From NCBI GenBank assembly GCA_016931135.1, contig JAFGFK010000356.1, positions 1-52,379 on the forward strand: 52,379 nucleotides of DNA, written 5' to 3'. The translations under genes and the position numbers were made by a program. How positions within the stretch are numbered: position 1 is the stretch's first letter; every line of letters starts with the position of its first letter. The DNA comes from Candidatus Sumerlaeota bacterium. GTDB taxonomy: Bacteria; Sumerlaeota; Sumerlaeia; MWCT01. The notes beneath the pieces are model-generated. The model was given only the letters and a program-made list of their open reading frames with translations. It did no database searches and was not told where the DNA came from. This document shows positions 10,197 through 20,496 of this stretch, one piece after another.

Positions 10197-11375
10197 ATGA
10201 ATAAGAAAAACATTTTTCTTGGCTTATCCGATTATATAGCGGAGGAATTCGGGCTTTCCTATTCCATGCAATATAAAATCGGGATCAATGTGGTTCTTCT
10301 TCTTTTGATCCTTCTTCTCTGGAAAATCCTGAGAAGGCAGTTCGATCGAAGATTCAAGGGAACAAAGAAACATTATCTTCTCATCAAAACGGTTGACTGG
10401 GGATTTTTGATCCTGGGGCTTTTTCTTCTCGGGATACTCTGGAACGAGGCGGTTGACGCCTTTGTTCGATTTTTTGAACTCGTGGGAAATTATCTCCAAT
10501 CAAAGATCATCCTGAGCCTTCTGATCATAGGCATGATCCTTTTACTGCGACGGATTCTCCTGGGGATCATATCGGATCGAATAACAGATATCAAGAAACA
10601 CTATTACTGGTCGCGAACCATCGGGTATGGAACAACGATTCTGGGAATCATAATCATCGGGAGCGTATGGATCAAGGGGATACAATCCATAGCGACCTTT
10701 TTCGGTTTAGTGAGCGCCGGACTTGCCATTGCCCTGCATGATCCCATTGCCAACTTCGCCGGATGGCTGTTCATTATATGGCGCCAGCCGTTCCACGTGG
10801 GAGACCGCATCCAGATCGGGGAATTCCAGGGAGACGTGATCGATATCCGCGTGTTTCAATTCACCGTGCTGGAGATAGGCAACTGGGTGGATTCGGATCA
10901 AAGCACCGGGCGCATCATCGACATCCCGAACGGAAAGGTTTTAAGGGAAGGGCTGGCGAATTATACCAAGGGTTTCGAATACATCTGGCATGAAATACCC
11001 GTACTCGTGACATTTGAAAGCGACTGGAAAAAGGCAAAGGAGATTTTGACGAAGATCGTCAACGAGAAAGTGGAGCATCTGACGCCCGACGCCACGAAAC
11101 AGCTTCAGTCAGCAGCGAGGAAATACCTGATTTTATTTCATCATCTGACTCCGATTGTTTATACGACCGTAAAGAGTTCCGGGGTGCTTCTAACAATCCG
11201 GTTCATGACAAAGCCCAGGCAAAGAAGGGGCACAGACGAAATGATCTGGGAGGCGATCCTGGATGCGTTTCAAAAAGAGCCGGATATTGACCTGGCGTAT
11301 CCCACCACGCGATTTTATGATAACCGCAAGGAAGGAAAGCCTTTTACAAAGAGGGCGGAATCTGATATTTTATAA
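10197..11375 (+). CDS. Mechanosensitive ion channel, MscS family
   Basis: Multiple N-terminal TM helices, then a pore helix and beta domain (GLAIALHDPIANFAGWLFIIWRQPFHVGDRIQIGEFQGDVIDI). Confidence 0.88.
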   Translation: MNKKNIFLGLSDYIAEEFGLSYSMQYKIGINVVLLLLILLLWKILRRQFDRRFKGTKKHYLLIKTVDWGFLILGLFLLGILWNEAVDAFVRFFELVGNYLQSKIILSLLIIGMILLLRRILLGIISDRITDIKKHYYWSRTIGYGTTILGIIIIGSVWIKGIQSIATFFGLVSAGLAIALHDPIANFAGWLFIIWRQPFHVGDRIQIGEFQGDVIDIRVFQFTVLEIGNWVDSDQSTGRIIDIPNGKVLREGLANYTKGFEYIWHEIPVLVTFESDWKKAKEILTKIVNEKVEHLTPDATKQLQSAARKYLILFHHLTPIVYTTVKSSGVLLTIRFMTKPRQRRGTDEMIWEAILDAFQKEPDIDLAYPTTRFYDNRKEGKPFTKRAESDIL

Positions 11376-11481
11376 TATGAAATGGCGGCTGTGCGTTGGT
11401 TGTGGATTGTGGGTTGAAAAAGCCCGGATTAAATTGTTGTGATATAAACGTAAACCATGGTAGGGTTTTACCCCGCATCCT

Positions 11482-12252
11482 CTATTGGGGCTTGATCTGA
11501 TTCTGGAGCGCTGCGGTTCTTGCCTTCTGCAATTGATCTTTCAATTGCAGGACCTCCAGATGTTCATCCCCAAGGATGCGGATTTTGATTTGAAGCGCCC
11601 TTTCGGCGAGTTGAACGGAGCCATTTATATCCCCCGCCTGCCATTTCACTATAGCCTCCTCGATAAGTCGATTGGCAGTGGGAAGGTCTTCCGCCTCCAT
11701 CCCGGGAGGCGGCGTTGACAGCGTCGATGCTGCCGCTTTTTCCATTTCTCCCTTTGAACCGGATGGAATGCCGAAATGACGATTGGCGTCCTCGATCATC
11801 CGGCGCGCAACTTCTTCAGGAGGATTGAATTTCTGATCCTCGAACTGGAAGGTAAACTTATTATCGGGATTATCAGGAAGATATATCTCCGCTTCATACC
11901 CCCCGATAAATCTGACTTTATAGGGAATGTCCATCTCTTCCAGTTCGTATGTCATGCCGGCAATAAGCTCTTCTTTCACGGCGACTTCCCCAAGGACTAC
12001 AAGCAGGAAGGCGAATACCACGGCAATCACGATATAAAGAACGCCGAGCAGGCGCGCGACAAATCTCTGCCAGTCTTCGGGGAAAAGCCTGACAAAAAAT
12101 CCCATAAGCCCGAAAAGCCATCTCCAGCTTCCCTGGATGACGATATCCGGAAAGATAAGAATGAAGAATCCCACCAGCCCGATCGCCACGGCAGCCCACA
12201 TGGCTCCGGATAAACCGCCCCCCTGACTTGCAGCTTCTGCAGCGCCATTCAT
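11482..12252 (-). CDS. Hypothetical membrane protein with a TPR-like C-terminus
   Basis: Three predicted TM segments and a C-terminal helical repeat (ANRLIEEAIVKWQAGDINGSVQLAERALQI). No family recognised. Confidence 0.45.
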   Translation of the reverse strand: MNGAAEAASQGGGLSGAMWAAVAIGLVGFFILIFPDIVIQGSWRWLFGLMGFFVRLFPEDWQRFVARLLGVLYIVIAVVFAFLLVVLGEVAVKEELIAGMTYELEEMDIPYKVRFIGGYEAEIYLPDNPDNKFTFQFEDQKFNPPEEVARRMIEDANRHFGIPSGSKGEMEKAAASTLSTPPPGMEAEDLPTANRLIEEAIVKWQAGDINGSVQLAERALQIKIRILGDEHLEVLQLKDQLQKARTAALQNQIKPQ

Positions 12253-12416
12253 GTTTTAATCCTCGTAACGCTTCAATGAAAAATCTGCAATCTTTTCTTT
12301 TACAAAATCGAATGAAAATCAAGAAAAAATGTAACATCTCAGGATACTTGACAGAATCCGGGCATTAAGGTAAAGGCATTCTTATTTTCATTTTCCTTCA
12401 TATAAGGAGAAAAAAC

Positions 12417-13829
12417 ATGAAGTATGATCTGATCATTCGCAACGGCGCGCTGGCGACCGCCCAGGAGACATTCCGTGCGGATATCGGGATCAGGGGGGAA
12501 CAGATTGCAGCCATCGGCATGGAACTTGAATCCAGCGGGTCATGCCAGGAGATCGATGCGGCTGATTGTTACGTCCTTCCCGGGGCGATCGATGTTCATG
12601 TTCACTTTCAACTGCCGGTTTCCGGAACCGTGAGCGCGGATGACTTTGAGAGTGGAACAAGGGCAGCGGCGCGCGGGGGGGTGACTACCATCATTGATTT
12701 TGCGAACCAGGATCCTAAAAAAGGGCTCATGGCGGGAATCAAAGCCCGCATGAAGGAGGCGCAGGGAAAGGTCTGCATCGATTATTCCCTCCACGCCGTG
12801 ATCAGCAAATGGTCGGAACAGATCAAACAGGAGATGGAGGAGGCGATCGCCTTCGGGATTCCCACCTTCAAGATGTTCATGACCTATGGATCACGCGGAT
12901 TACAATCAGACGATGCTGCGCTTTTTTCCGCGCTAGAGGCGACAAACGAGAACAAAGGCAGAATCATGGTTCATGCGGAAAGCGACGGGGTTATGAATCT
13001 TTTGATCCAGAGGCATTTAAAGAAAAAAAAGGAACTGGGGGCATACGGACATGTTTTATCGCGTCCCAACTTCATCGAGCGCGAGGCGGTACAGAGGGCG
13101 ATCACCTGGGCGGGCGCAACGGGGGGAAGGCTCTATATCGCGCACATATCCACAGGTTCCGCTGCGGAAATCGTTCATCACGCCCGCCATCGCGGGGTGA
13201 ATGTATATGCAGAGACATGTCCGCATTATCTTCTTTTGGATGAAGAGGCGTTCAAGGATAAGAAACAAGGTCATCTTTACGCTACATGCCCCCAGATCAA
13301 ATCGAAGGAGGATCAGGAGAGATTGTGGAAATCCCTTATCGAGGGGGATATCGCCCTGGTGGCGACAGATACCTGCACATTCACAAAAAAGCAGAAGGAT
13401 TTATGGAAAGGCGATTTCACGAAGATTCCCTACGGCGTGCCGGGAGTGGAAACCCTGCTGCCATCCATTTACACCAAAGGAACGCTTTCCGGAAGGTTCG
13501 ATTTGAATTACCTGGTATCCCTTGTAAGCGCGAATCCGGCAAAGATCATGGGGCTTTATCCCCGGAAGGGAACCCTTTCCATTGGATCGGATGCGGATAT
13601 CGTGATCATCGATCCGCGCAAATCCCTGAGGATCGATTATAAAAAGATGGAGACGAATTGCGACTGGTCGCCTTACCAGGGGATGGAAATGTTCGGATTT
13701 CCGGATATCACGATTTCCCGCGGAAGCGTGATCGTAAAGGATGGAAAATTCACAGGCAAAAAGGGACGTGGACGATTTGTGAAGCGCCGCCCGGGCGGAG
13801 AGATTTTCAATCCACAATCCGCTATATAA
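12417..13829 (+). CDS. Dihydropyrimidinase / D-hydantoinase (cyclic amidohydrolase)
   Basis: LPGAIDVHVHF metal-binding motif, 470 aa, amidohydrolase fold pattern throughout. Confidence 0.88.
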   Translation: MKYDLIIRNGALATAQETFRADIGIRGEQIAAIGMELESSGSCQEIDAADCYVLPGAIDVHVHFQLPVSGTVSADDFESGTRAAARGGVTTIIDFANQDPKKGLMAGIKARMKEAQGKVCIDYSLHAVISKWSEQIKQEMEEAIAFGIPTFKMFMTYGSRGLQSDDAALFSALEATNENKGRIMVHAESDGVMNLLIQRHLKKKKELGAYGHVLSRPNFIEREAVQRAITWAGATGGRLYIAHISTGSAAEIVHHARHRGVNVYAETCPHYLLLDEEAFKDKKQGHLYATCPQIKSKEDQERLWKSLIEGDIALVATDTCTFTKKQKDLWKGDFTKIPYGVPGVETLLPSIYTKGTLSGRFDLNYLVSLVSANPAKIMGLYPRKGTLSIGSDADIVIIDPRKSLRIDYKKMETNCDWSPYQGMEMFGFPDITISRGSVIVKDGKFTGKKGRGRFVKRRPGGEIFNPQSAI

Positions 13830-13855
13830 ATGGAAATACGCTTATAATATAATAT

Positions 13856-16441
13856 CTAATATAACTCCCAATCCAGCAAACCGGTTGGCGTTTGAGTAGG
13901 CGTGGGCGTTGGCGTAGGCGTGGGCGTGGAAGTCGGAGTGGGCGTCGGGGTTCCGAGGAGCCTGAAGCGCAGGGCGTCGGCAAGGATCATCTCAGAACCC
14001 GTCGTATTCCCATTGATTGTTACATAGGTTCTTCCTTTATTGAAATCATAGGCGTTGTTGTCAATGACTCCATCCACATTAACCGTCCATCCACCAGAAC
14101 CGGTTTGAAGGGTAGCGGCGACGTTACGGATCACATCTGATCCATCGACAAAACGATATTGAACCCCGCGCGCCAGGCTGGCTTGTTCGTTACGGATCCA
14201 ACCATCAATCGCCCATTTGCCGGTTGCAGGAAGATCGACCACCCACACCGCATAATCATCCATGGGATAGCTGCCGGATGCATAATAGCGCGAGCTTCCG
14301 CCATACAGAGTGCCGGATGGGGAATAAGTCGAAGTCGCCCAGGCGCCTTTATCATCGTAATCAAGGGAAGTGGGTTCGCTGTCCACAATCACCTCTGTGA
14401 TGGAACTGGCTGGTTCGGAAACCGGGGATTTGGGTTCCTTGGGAGCGCTGCTGAGGCGTACGAAACGAACCGCAGCCGGATTCATACGATCATCCGTTCC
14501 ACTTGTAGATTGAGTGGCGCTGTCGAATTCGATATAATGTCCCTGGCTTGCGGTGAAATTCATGGTGGCGCATTGAGTCCACTTGTTTCCGCAGTTCGCC
14601 ATAGTCAGATCGAAAAGGGATGTGGAGATTCCGCCATTATCATTGATTCTCACGGTAATGTTCGGGGCGTTGGCGCTGGAATAATTATAACAGGTGACAT
14701 AAACATTATAGGTTCCTGTGGCAATGCCGGAAGGGGTGAAGCGCGCCTTGTCGTTTTTTCCATCAGAAGGGCGCGACCACCGGGAACCGATACTTGGGGT
14801 GCATCCCTCGGCTAAACTGTGTGAGGAGCTGTCAAAGAACGTTCCGGAAACCTCGGAATAATCGGTGATATGCTGTCCGCCGGAACGGGTTTCGATAATA
14901 TAGATTCCTCCGGAGGCGGTAACGGGTCCCCCTGTGGCAATGGCTTGATTGTTCCAATCGTCATAAGCGACAGCCGCATAATAAACGCTTCCAGGGGGAG
15001 CGGAATAATCATCGAATGAAAAAGAGGAACGGCTGGAAGAGAGGTCCCACCAATCCATTGCCATATTGTCATAATAGAGTTTAACGGGGGTAACCGTATC
15101 GCGATATAAACGGTAATGTACCGGCAGATCGCCATCGCCCGCTGCCGCAGGGCGATTGAAGGTGATATGGGGAATGCCGGAGATCGTAGTTACAGAAAGG
15201 GAAGCCGGAGAATTGGGGGGAGTCGTTTCCTCGCCGGATTTGTGAGGGATGGAAGGTATGGGCGCCCAGTCATCCATGGGGCCGCCGGAATTGAACAGAT
15301 TTTGAGCGTGTTGATCCGCAGGTTCGGCGGGGGTTCGGGAGGTTCCATCCACGTACAGGGAACCCCAGTCAAAGAAGTTGAAACCATCCGGGGAGCGCGT
15401 ATTGCCTCGAAGAGTGGTTACAGCTGTAGCGTTTTCATTGGGATCTTCGAGGAGCCAGTCCCCAAGGGCGCAAACCAGGGGGCGGGTATTTTGATCGTTA
15501 TTCTGAGCCAGTTTATCAATGTAGGCGTTCCAATTCGTTTCACATCCTGAAACAGAGGAGGAATAAGCGCTCAGATGAAGGAGGTCAATGGCGCCGTGCG
15601 CCACCCACCAGTTATATCCCTGCCCCAGGTTTTCCACGGGATCTGTAAAGTGGATGATAAAGGCGGAGACTTCAACCCAGGGCTTTTCCAGAGATGTTTG
15701 AAAATTTACGCGCTGGACAAGTTTTGCCAGCTGATCTCTCTTCCAGGCTTTATAGACTTCATCGAGTTCCCCGGAGGGATTATCCACGTCGAAATCAAAA
15801 CCAGTATCAGCTTTGAAACTCGCTTTTGCCACAGGATCGTAACCGGAATCCGCATTGAGCAGGCGGACATAATCGAAATGGACGCCATCGATGTCGTAAT
15901 TCCGCACAATATCCATAAAAACGTTATAGAGGTAATCCTGAACCGCAGGGATGCCGGGATCAAGGGGGGCTTCATTCGCGTAAGTATAGGTTACGCCGGC
16001 CTGATTTTCAGTTACCCATTCAGGATGGGCGTTATACACATGATTCGGACTGGAGGGAGGGGTCGATGAATGCCATGTAGGATAAACGGTTACCCAGGCG
16101 TGGACTTCCCTTCTTGGGCTGGCGTTATGCAGCCTGTCGATACAATACTGAAGGGGGTCCAGACCGGATGGAGAGATAGAATAAATCTGTCCTCTTGGTT
16201 CATTGTTGGGGTAAGTGGAATCCTCGCGATTGGGGAAGTAGTAGGCGTCTCCGCGCCCGCGAACCTCCACAAAAACGGCGTTGATATTCCCGGAAAGGGC
16301 ATCGGCAATTACAGTATCGCATTTTGCCTGGGTATTAATATCAAACGTAGCGGCGTACATGGCTCTGTGTTCAGGAGGATCATCCGCCAAAACAGGTATG
16401 GAAACAATCACAATGAAAAAGATAATAATACATGATTTCAT
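13856..16441 (-). CDS. Secreted glycoside-hydrolase-like (GHL10/YddW-type) protein with two beta-sandwich CBM-like modules and a Pro/Thr linker
   Basis: Signal peptide. The N-terminal domain resembles the GHL10 family (AMYAATFDI...NAVFVEVRGRGDAYY). Two modules end in AAVRFVRL and ADALRFRLL (golvesin-C-like pattern). PT linker, then a terminal GLLDWELY. Confidence 0.7.
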   Translation of the reverse strand: MKSCIIIFFIVIVSIPVLADDPPEHRAMYAATFDINTQAKCDTVIADALSGNINAVFVEVRGRGDAYYFPNREDSTYPNNEPRGQIYSISPSGLDPLQYCIDRLHNASPRREVHAWVTVYPTWHSSTPPSSPNHVYNAHPEWVTENQAGVTYTYANEAPLDPGIPAVQDYLYNVFMDIVRNYDIDGVHFDYVRLLNADSGYDPVAKASFKADTGFDFDVDNPSGELDEVYKAWKRDQLAKLVQRVNFQTSLEKPWVEVSAFIIHFTDPVENLGQGYNWWVAHGAIDLLHLSAYSSSVSGCETNWNAYIDKLAQNNDQNTRPLVCALGDWLLEDPNENATAVTTLRGNTRSPDGFNFFDWGSLYVDGTSRTPAEPADQHAQNLFNSGGPMDDWAPIPSIPHKSGEETTPPNSPASLSVTTISGIPHITFNRPAAAGDGDLPVHYRLYRDTVTPVKLYYDNMAMDWWDLSSSRSSFSFDDYSAPPGSVYYAAVAYDDWNNQAIATGGPVTASGGIYIIETRSGGQHITDYSEVSGTFFDSSSHSLAEGCTPSIGSRWSRPSDGKNDKARFTPSGIATGTYNVYVTCYNYSSANAPNITVRINDNGGISTSLFDLTMANCGNKWTQCATMNFTASQGHYIEFDSATQSTSGTDDRMNPAAVRFVRLSSAPKEPKSPVSEPASSITEVIVDSEPTSLDYDDKGAWATSTYSPSGTLYGGSSRYYASGSYPMDDYAVWVVDLPATGKWAIDGWIRNEQASLARGVQYRFVDGSDVIRNVAATLQTGSGGWTVNVDGVIDNNAYDFNKGRTYVTINGNTTGSEMILADALRFRLLGTPTPTPTSTPTPTPTPTPTQTPTGLLDWELY

Positions 16442-16686
16442 TTTTTCACCTCTTCCAAAAAATTTTACCCTTAATCGCTAAAGCCGCTTACTATATAGGG
16501 AATATTTTACAAATGGTCAATGATTTGTTTTCAGGTTTAAAAAAAACCTTTTTGCTGAATTAAAAAAGTGATTGCATGGAAGAAAATAAATTTGTAACCA
16601 TATATTTGGCGTTTTGATTAAAAAGATTTCGATATGCGATCATGATTTGACGTGAAGGCGTTTTTATATATCCCAGAGGTGTCTCA

Positions 16687-17490
16687 ATGCCCCAGATTCT
16701 CGGACTGATCAAAAACTTTGGATTGAACGACGCCGTAGATGTGATCGTGATGACGACGATCTTCTTCATTGCCCTGTCCTTGTTGAAGGAGACGCGTTCA
16801 TCCGTTGCCTTGCGAGGTTTCCTGGCATTGGTTCTCTTCTCCTTCGGGGGTTATGTGATAGCCAAGGTGCTTCAGCTTGCCGGGGTGGCGTATATCCTGG
16901 GAAATTTCTGGTTGATCATAGTCCTGATCTTCCTGATCGTGTTTCAGAACGATTTCAAGAGGGCGCTGACCAACCTGGGGCAGATGAGAATTTTCCGCGC
17001 CTTTTTCAAGCAGAGCGGGCAATACCTGGAAGAGTTGGTCAAGGCGGTGGAAACCATGTCCATGAGGAAAATAGGGGGCATCATCGCCATCGAGCGGCGC
17101 AATCCCCTGAGAATCTACGCCGGAACGGGTATCAGGATCGATTCGGACGTTTCGTCGGAATTGATCCGGACCATTTTCACGCCCCTGACTCCCCTGCATG
17201 ACGGCGCCATCGTCATCAAGAACAACAGGATCGTGGCTGCAGGATGCATCCTGCCTCTTTCGGATACGCATGAGTTGATCAAGGAGCTGGGCACGCGACA
17301 TCGGGCGGCGTTGGGGCTTTCGGAAGAAACCGATGCGGTTGTCATCGTGGTATCGGAAGAAACCGGCACCATTTCTCTCGCCCTGGAAGGAAAAATGCGC
17401 CGGGGGCAGACGCCGGAAAAGATCAAGGACCAGCTGACAGAACTTCTCAACATCACGCCGGAGGAAAAAGCGCAAAATGTTTCGGCTTAA
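16687..17490 (+). CDS. cdaA: Diadenylate cyclase CdaA (DisA_N domain, membrane anchored)
   Basis: Three N-terminal TM helices, then TPLHDGAIVI and GTRHRAALGLSEETDAVVIVVSEETG motifs. Confidence 0.92.
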   Translation: MPQILGLIKNFGLNDAVDVIVMTTIFFIALSLLKETRSSVALRGFLALVLFSFGGYVIAKVLQLAGVAYILGNFWLIIVLIFLIVFQNDFKRALTNLGQMRIFRAFFKQSGQYLEELVKAVETMSMRKIGGIIAIERRNPLRIYAGTGIRIDSDVSSELIRTIFTPLTPLHDGAIVIKNNRIVAAGCILPLSDTHELIKELGTRHRAALGLSEETDAVVIVVSEETGTISLALEGKMRRGQTPEKIKDQLTELLNITPEEKAQNVSA

Positions 17491-18616
17491 GGCGACATCA
17501 GAAATCGCGCTCCTTGTCGGTTCGTTTTTCATTGCCATAGCCGTATGGCTCGTCGCCAAACAGAACGACCTGAACAATCAGTTGATCTCGGCGAAAATCG
17601 TCACGGAAGGGTCGCCGGATAATATGATCATAGAAATCAATCCCCCGGAAGTGAACGTCTCCATTCAATATCCCAAGACTCTGGAATATCTGGTGAGACC
17701 CGAGGCGTTTTCCATAGATTTGAAAGGAATCAGCGAAAACCTCGCTGGAGCGGAGGATTTCAATTATACAACGCTCAACATAACTCTGAGAAACGTGGTC
17801 ACTCGTAATCTGCCTCCCACGATCAGACCTACGGCGTTGGGACAGGACGTGGTAACCATCGGGGCAAAACTTCACACGTCCCGAGCCAGAATCATCGGAA
17901 AAATAACGGGAAATCCGATGAAAGGATTCCGTCTGATCCAGAATCCCCCGCGGGTGGATCCTGCGGAAATCCTGGTAACTGGTTCTCCAAAAATTCTTAA
18001 CGATACTATCCATCCTGAAATGAAAAGAATCATTTTAGAGACAGAACCTTTGGAAATTGAAGGAAGAAAGGAAAGCTCCTTTGAATCTGTCACCGTAAAA
18101 TTACCGGAAGGTCTTCGCTATGTCAAAGAGGACAAACTCCGGGTACAGATACAGGATTCCGTTACCGTACGGATTCACGTAGTCATCGGGGAAGAGGAAA
18201 GGCAAAAAACCATAACCGGCATTCCGATCAGCATCAAGACGCTTTCGGAGAATTTGGAGCTGACCTATTCTCCAACCCAGGGGCATGTCACGGTGGAAGC
18301 CCCGATCAGCATGCTGGAGGAGTTGAATTCCGATTCCTTCATGTTCATTCCCCGCCAGCCCCTCGAGGAAAGAGACGGGTATGAAGCCGATATTGCGGTT
18401 GACGCCAAATTCACGGATAAAATCCCGCCCCGAATAAGGGACAAGGCGGTGATTTCCTCGTTTGAGCCAAAGGCGATTCATATCAGAATACAAAGCCGGG
18501 TGGAAGAGGTCGCGCCAGAAGATAACTTACTTGAAACCCCCTTGCCTCCCTCCCCCGGATTTCCCGTAAATACACAGCCTGTCTTCCCCGAAGAACCTGT
18601 TCAAACAAAACCCTGA
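17477..18616 (+). CDS. cdaR: YbbR-domain protein, probable CdaA regulator
   Basis: Overlaps the cdaA stop by 14 nt. One N-terminal TM helix is followed by repeated beta-rich YbbR-like modules. The gene order is conserved. Confidence 0.68.
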   Translation: MFRLKATSEIALLVGSFFIAIAVWLVAKQNDLNNQLISAKIVTEGSPDNMIIEINPPEVNVSIQYPKTLEYLVRPEAFSIDLKGISENLAGAEDFNYTTLNITLRNVVTRNLPPTIRPTALGQDVVTIGAKLHTSRARIIGKITGNPMKGFRLIQNPPRVDPAEILVTGSPKILNDTIHPEMKRIILETEPLEIEGRKESSFESVTVKLPEGLRYVKEDKLRVQIQDSVTVRIHVVIGEEERQKTITGIPISIKTLSENLELTYSPTQGHVTVEAPISMLEELNSDSFMFIPRQPLEERDGYEADIAVDAKFTDKIPPRIRDKAVISSFEPKAIHIRIQSRVEEVAPEDNLLETPLPPSPGFPVNTQPVFPEEPVQTKP

Positions 18617-18630
18617 AGGAAGGTATAGCC

Positions 18631-19359
18631 ATGACAATCCTGTGCATAAACGTCGATCATGTCGCCACCGTGAGAGAGGCGCGCAAAATTACGGAACCAG
18701 ACCTTGTGGCCGCCGCCCTGATCTGTGAACTTGCCGGAGCCGCCGGAATCACGCTCCATGTTCGGGAAGATCGGCGCCATGCAAAGGAACGCGACCTGGC
18801 TCTTCTCATGCAAACCGCCAAAACGCGCGTCAACCTGGAGATGGCGGCGACAAACGAAATGGTAAACATTGCCCGGAAATATCATCCTCACCAAGTAACG
18901 CTCGTTCCCGAAAAACGGGAAGAAGTAACCACAGAGGGCGGGCTGGATGTGGCGAGACATATAAAAAAGATCGGGGATATCACCCACAAGCTGCAGAAAT
19001 CAGGGATACGGGTGAGCCTGTTCATCGATCCGGAGGAAAAGCAGCTCATCGCTTCCGCAAAAACAGGCGCGGAATTCATCGAGCTGCATACAGGGAGATA
19101 CTGCGACGCCCGGAACGAAACGGCGGTGAAAAAGCAATTGGACGCCCTTGTAAGAGGGGCGGAAAAAGCCCGGGAGCTGGGTTTAAGGGTGAATGCAGGG
19201 CATGGACTCAATTACCGGAATGTCAAACCGGTTGCCGCCATAGAGGGTATCGAGGAATTGAATATAGGGCACAGCGTCATAAGCCATGCCATTTTTGTGG
19301 GGCTGGAACGGGCGGTAAAGGAAATGCTGGCGCTGATTCGGGAGGCGACATCGAGGTAA
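18631..19359 (+). CDS. pdxJ: Pyridoxine 5'-phosphate synthase
   Basis: [12 protein letters not shown]...[11 protein letters not shown]...NAGHGLNY motifs. Confidence 0.95.
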   Translation: MTILCINVDHVATVREARKITEPDLVAAALICELAGAAGITLHVREDRRHAKERDLALLMQTAKTRVNLEMAATNEMVNIARKYHPHQVTLVPEKREEVTTEGGLDVARHIKKIGDITHKLQKSGIRVSLFIDPEEKQLIASAKTGAEFIELHTGRYCDARNETAVKKQLDALVRGAEKARELGLRVNAGHGLNYRNVKPVAAIEGIEELNIGHSVISHAIFVGLERAVKEMLALIREATSR

Positions 19360-19392
19360 AAAATCAGGAGGAAGAACCCTTAAGAACTATAG

Positions 19393-19428
19393 AAAAAGGG
19401 CGGCTTTTGACACAAGCCGCCCTTTTTT
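19393..19428. terminator. Bidirectional intrinsic terminator between pdxJ and the beta-propeller gene
   Basis: AAAAAGGGCGGCTT...AAGCCGCCCTTTTTT: a GC-rich stem flanked by an A-tract and a T-tract. Confidence 0.75.
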
Positions 19429-19450
19429 GCACGACATCAATAACAGGATT

Positions 19451-20446
19451 TCAATACATAGGCCAGTCAGATACGCTGGTTTCCAGAGTAGCGCCGTCAA
19501 TCCCGAACACCTGAATATTATTCTGCGCGCCATTGGTGACAAAAAGATAGGAACTGGCGCCAAATGTCCCCACGCATGAATCCCGGGCATCAGTGACATT
19601 TTCCGTTGCGCCAAGGGATTGATAAAGGGCTTTTGTGGATTGATTAAAGATATCGAGGCTCCTTGCGCCGGTAGTCTGATTAGCCCAGCAAAGATACGTT
19701 GCGCTGGCGTAATTCCAGGCGTAAATACCGCTTACCGCCTGGGAGGAAGCGGCTGTTCCAGCGAACCATGCCGCTGCAGCGTAACCTGTAAGGTCTCCCG
19801 CCGCGCCGCCGGTGAATTCATCAATGCCATCCACATTGGGAAGCGCGATCGAGGTTCGTGAAACATAAATGTTGTTGCCCACAACGCATACATCTCTTGC
19901 ATGGGAATTCGCGCCGGAAAGATATGCCGTGGCTTCATACCCTGAGAGATCGGACTTGACATTGAAGAGTCCGGAACCCGTCTGGCACAAAAGCAGGGAG
20001 GGCGTTGAACCCCATAATACGCAACCGGCATTTCTGTGGCCGCCCGTGGAATCTATAAGAGAAGCGAGTTCCGCCCCGGATGAATTATATTTCACAACCA
20101 GGCGCCCGGCGCCATAGTCGCCACTCACATAGACATCCCCTGTTGCGGAATCGACAGCGATTCCCTGAAGGCCGCGCCCGGTTGGCCAGGTTACCTTGGC
20201 GCTGAGATCGGCGAACAGAGCGACGGTTGGCGTGGTGTAATTACCATTCGTAATCTTCAAAACCTTTCTGTCGTTAAAGGTTGAGACATATAGATTCCCA
20301 TCGTGAAATGCGATGTTGCCTCCAGAGTTTCCATCTTCCGAGATGTCGATGGAATTCAGCCATGCCAGACTCTGGGCAAAGGCGCCAGCCGTAAGGCAGA
20401 AAATCATGATGCCCCATACCATAATTCTGCTTTTTATAATAATCAT
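19451..20446 (-). CDS. Secreted beta-propeller-like protein (NHL/YncE-like repeats), function unknown
   Basis: Signal peptide (IFCLTAGAFAQ). Repeated G-x-hydrophobic-Y-V-S/T strands (GNLYVSTF, GDVYVSGD, NNIYVSRT, SYLFVTNG). Ends in SDWPMY. Confidence 0.5.
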   Translation of the reverse strand: MIIIKSRIMVWGIMIFCLTAGAFAQSLAWLNSIDISEDGNSGGNIAFHDGNLYVSTFNDRKVLKITNGNYTTPTVALFADLSAKVTWPTGRGLQGIAVDSATGDVYVSGDYGAGRLVVKYNSSGAELASLIDSTGGHRNAGCVLWGSTPSLLLCQTGSGLFNVKSDLSGYEATAYLSGANSHARDVCVVGNNIYVSRTSIALPNVDGIDEFTGGAAGDLTGYAAAAWFAGTAASSQAVSGIYAWNYASATYLCWANQTTGARSLDIFNQSTKALYQSLGATENVTDARDSCVGTFGASSYLFVTNGAQNNIQVFGIDGATLETSVSDWPMY

Positions 20447-20496
20447 ACCTCCTATAAATAAAGATTTTAAATTTATTTCATCGCAATGACTGCGAA

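Noticed and set aside
13880-13960. Periodic GGCGT/GGGCGT DNA repeats (also at about 205-265) that at first glance resemble a short tandem or CRISPR-like array.
   Set aside because: They have 6-nt periodicity and lie inside long ORFs, encoding Thr-Pro linkers. There is no spacer-repeat architecture.
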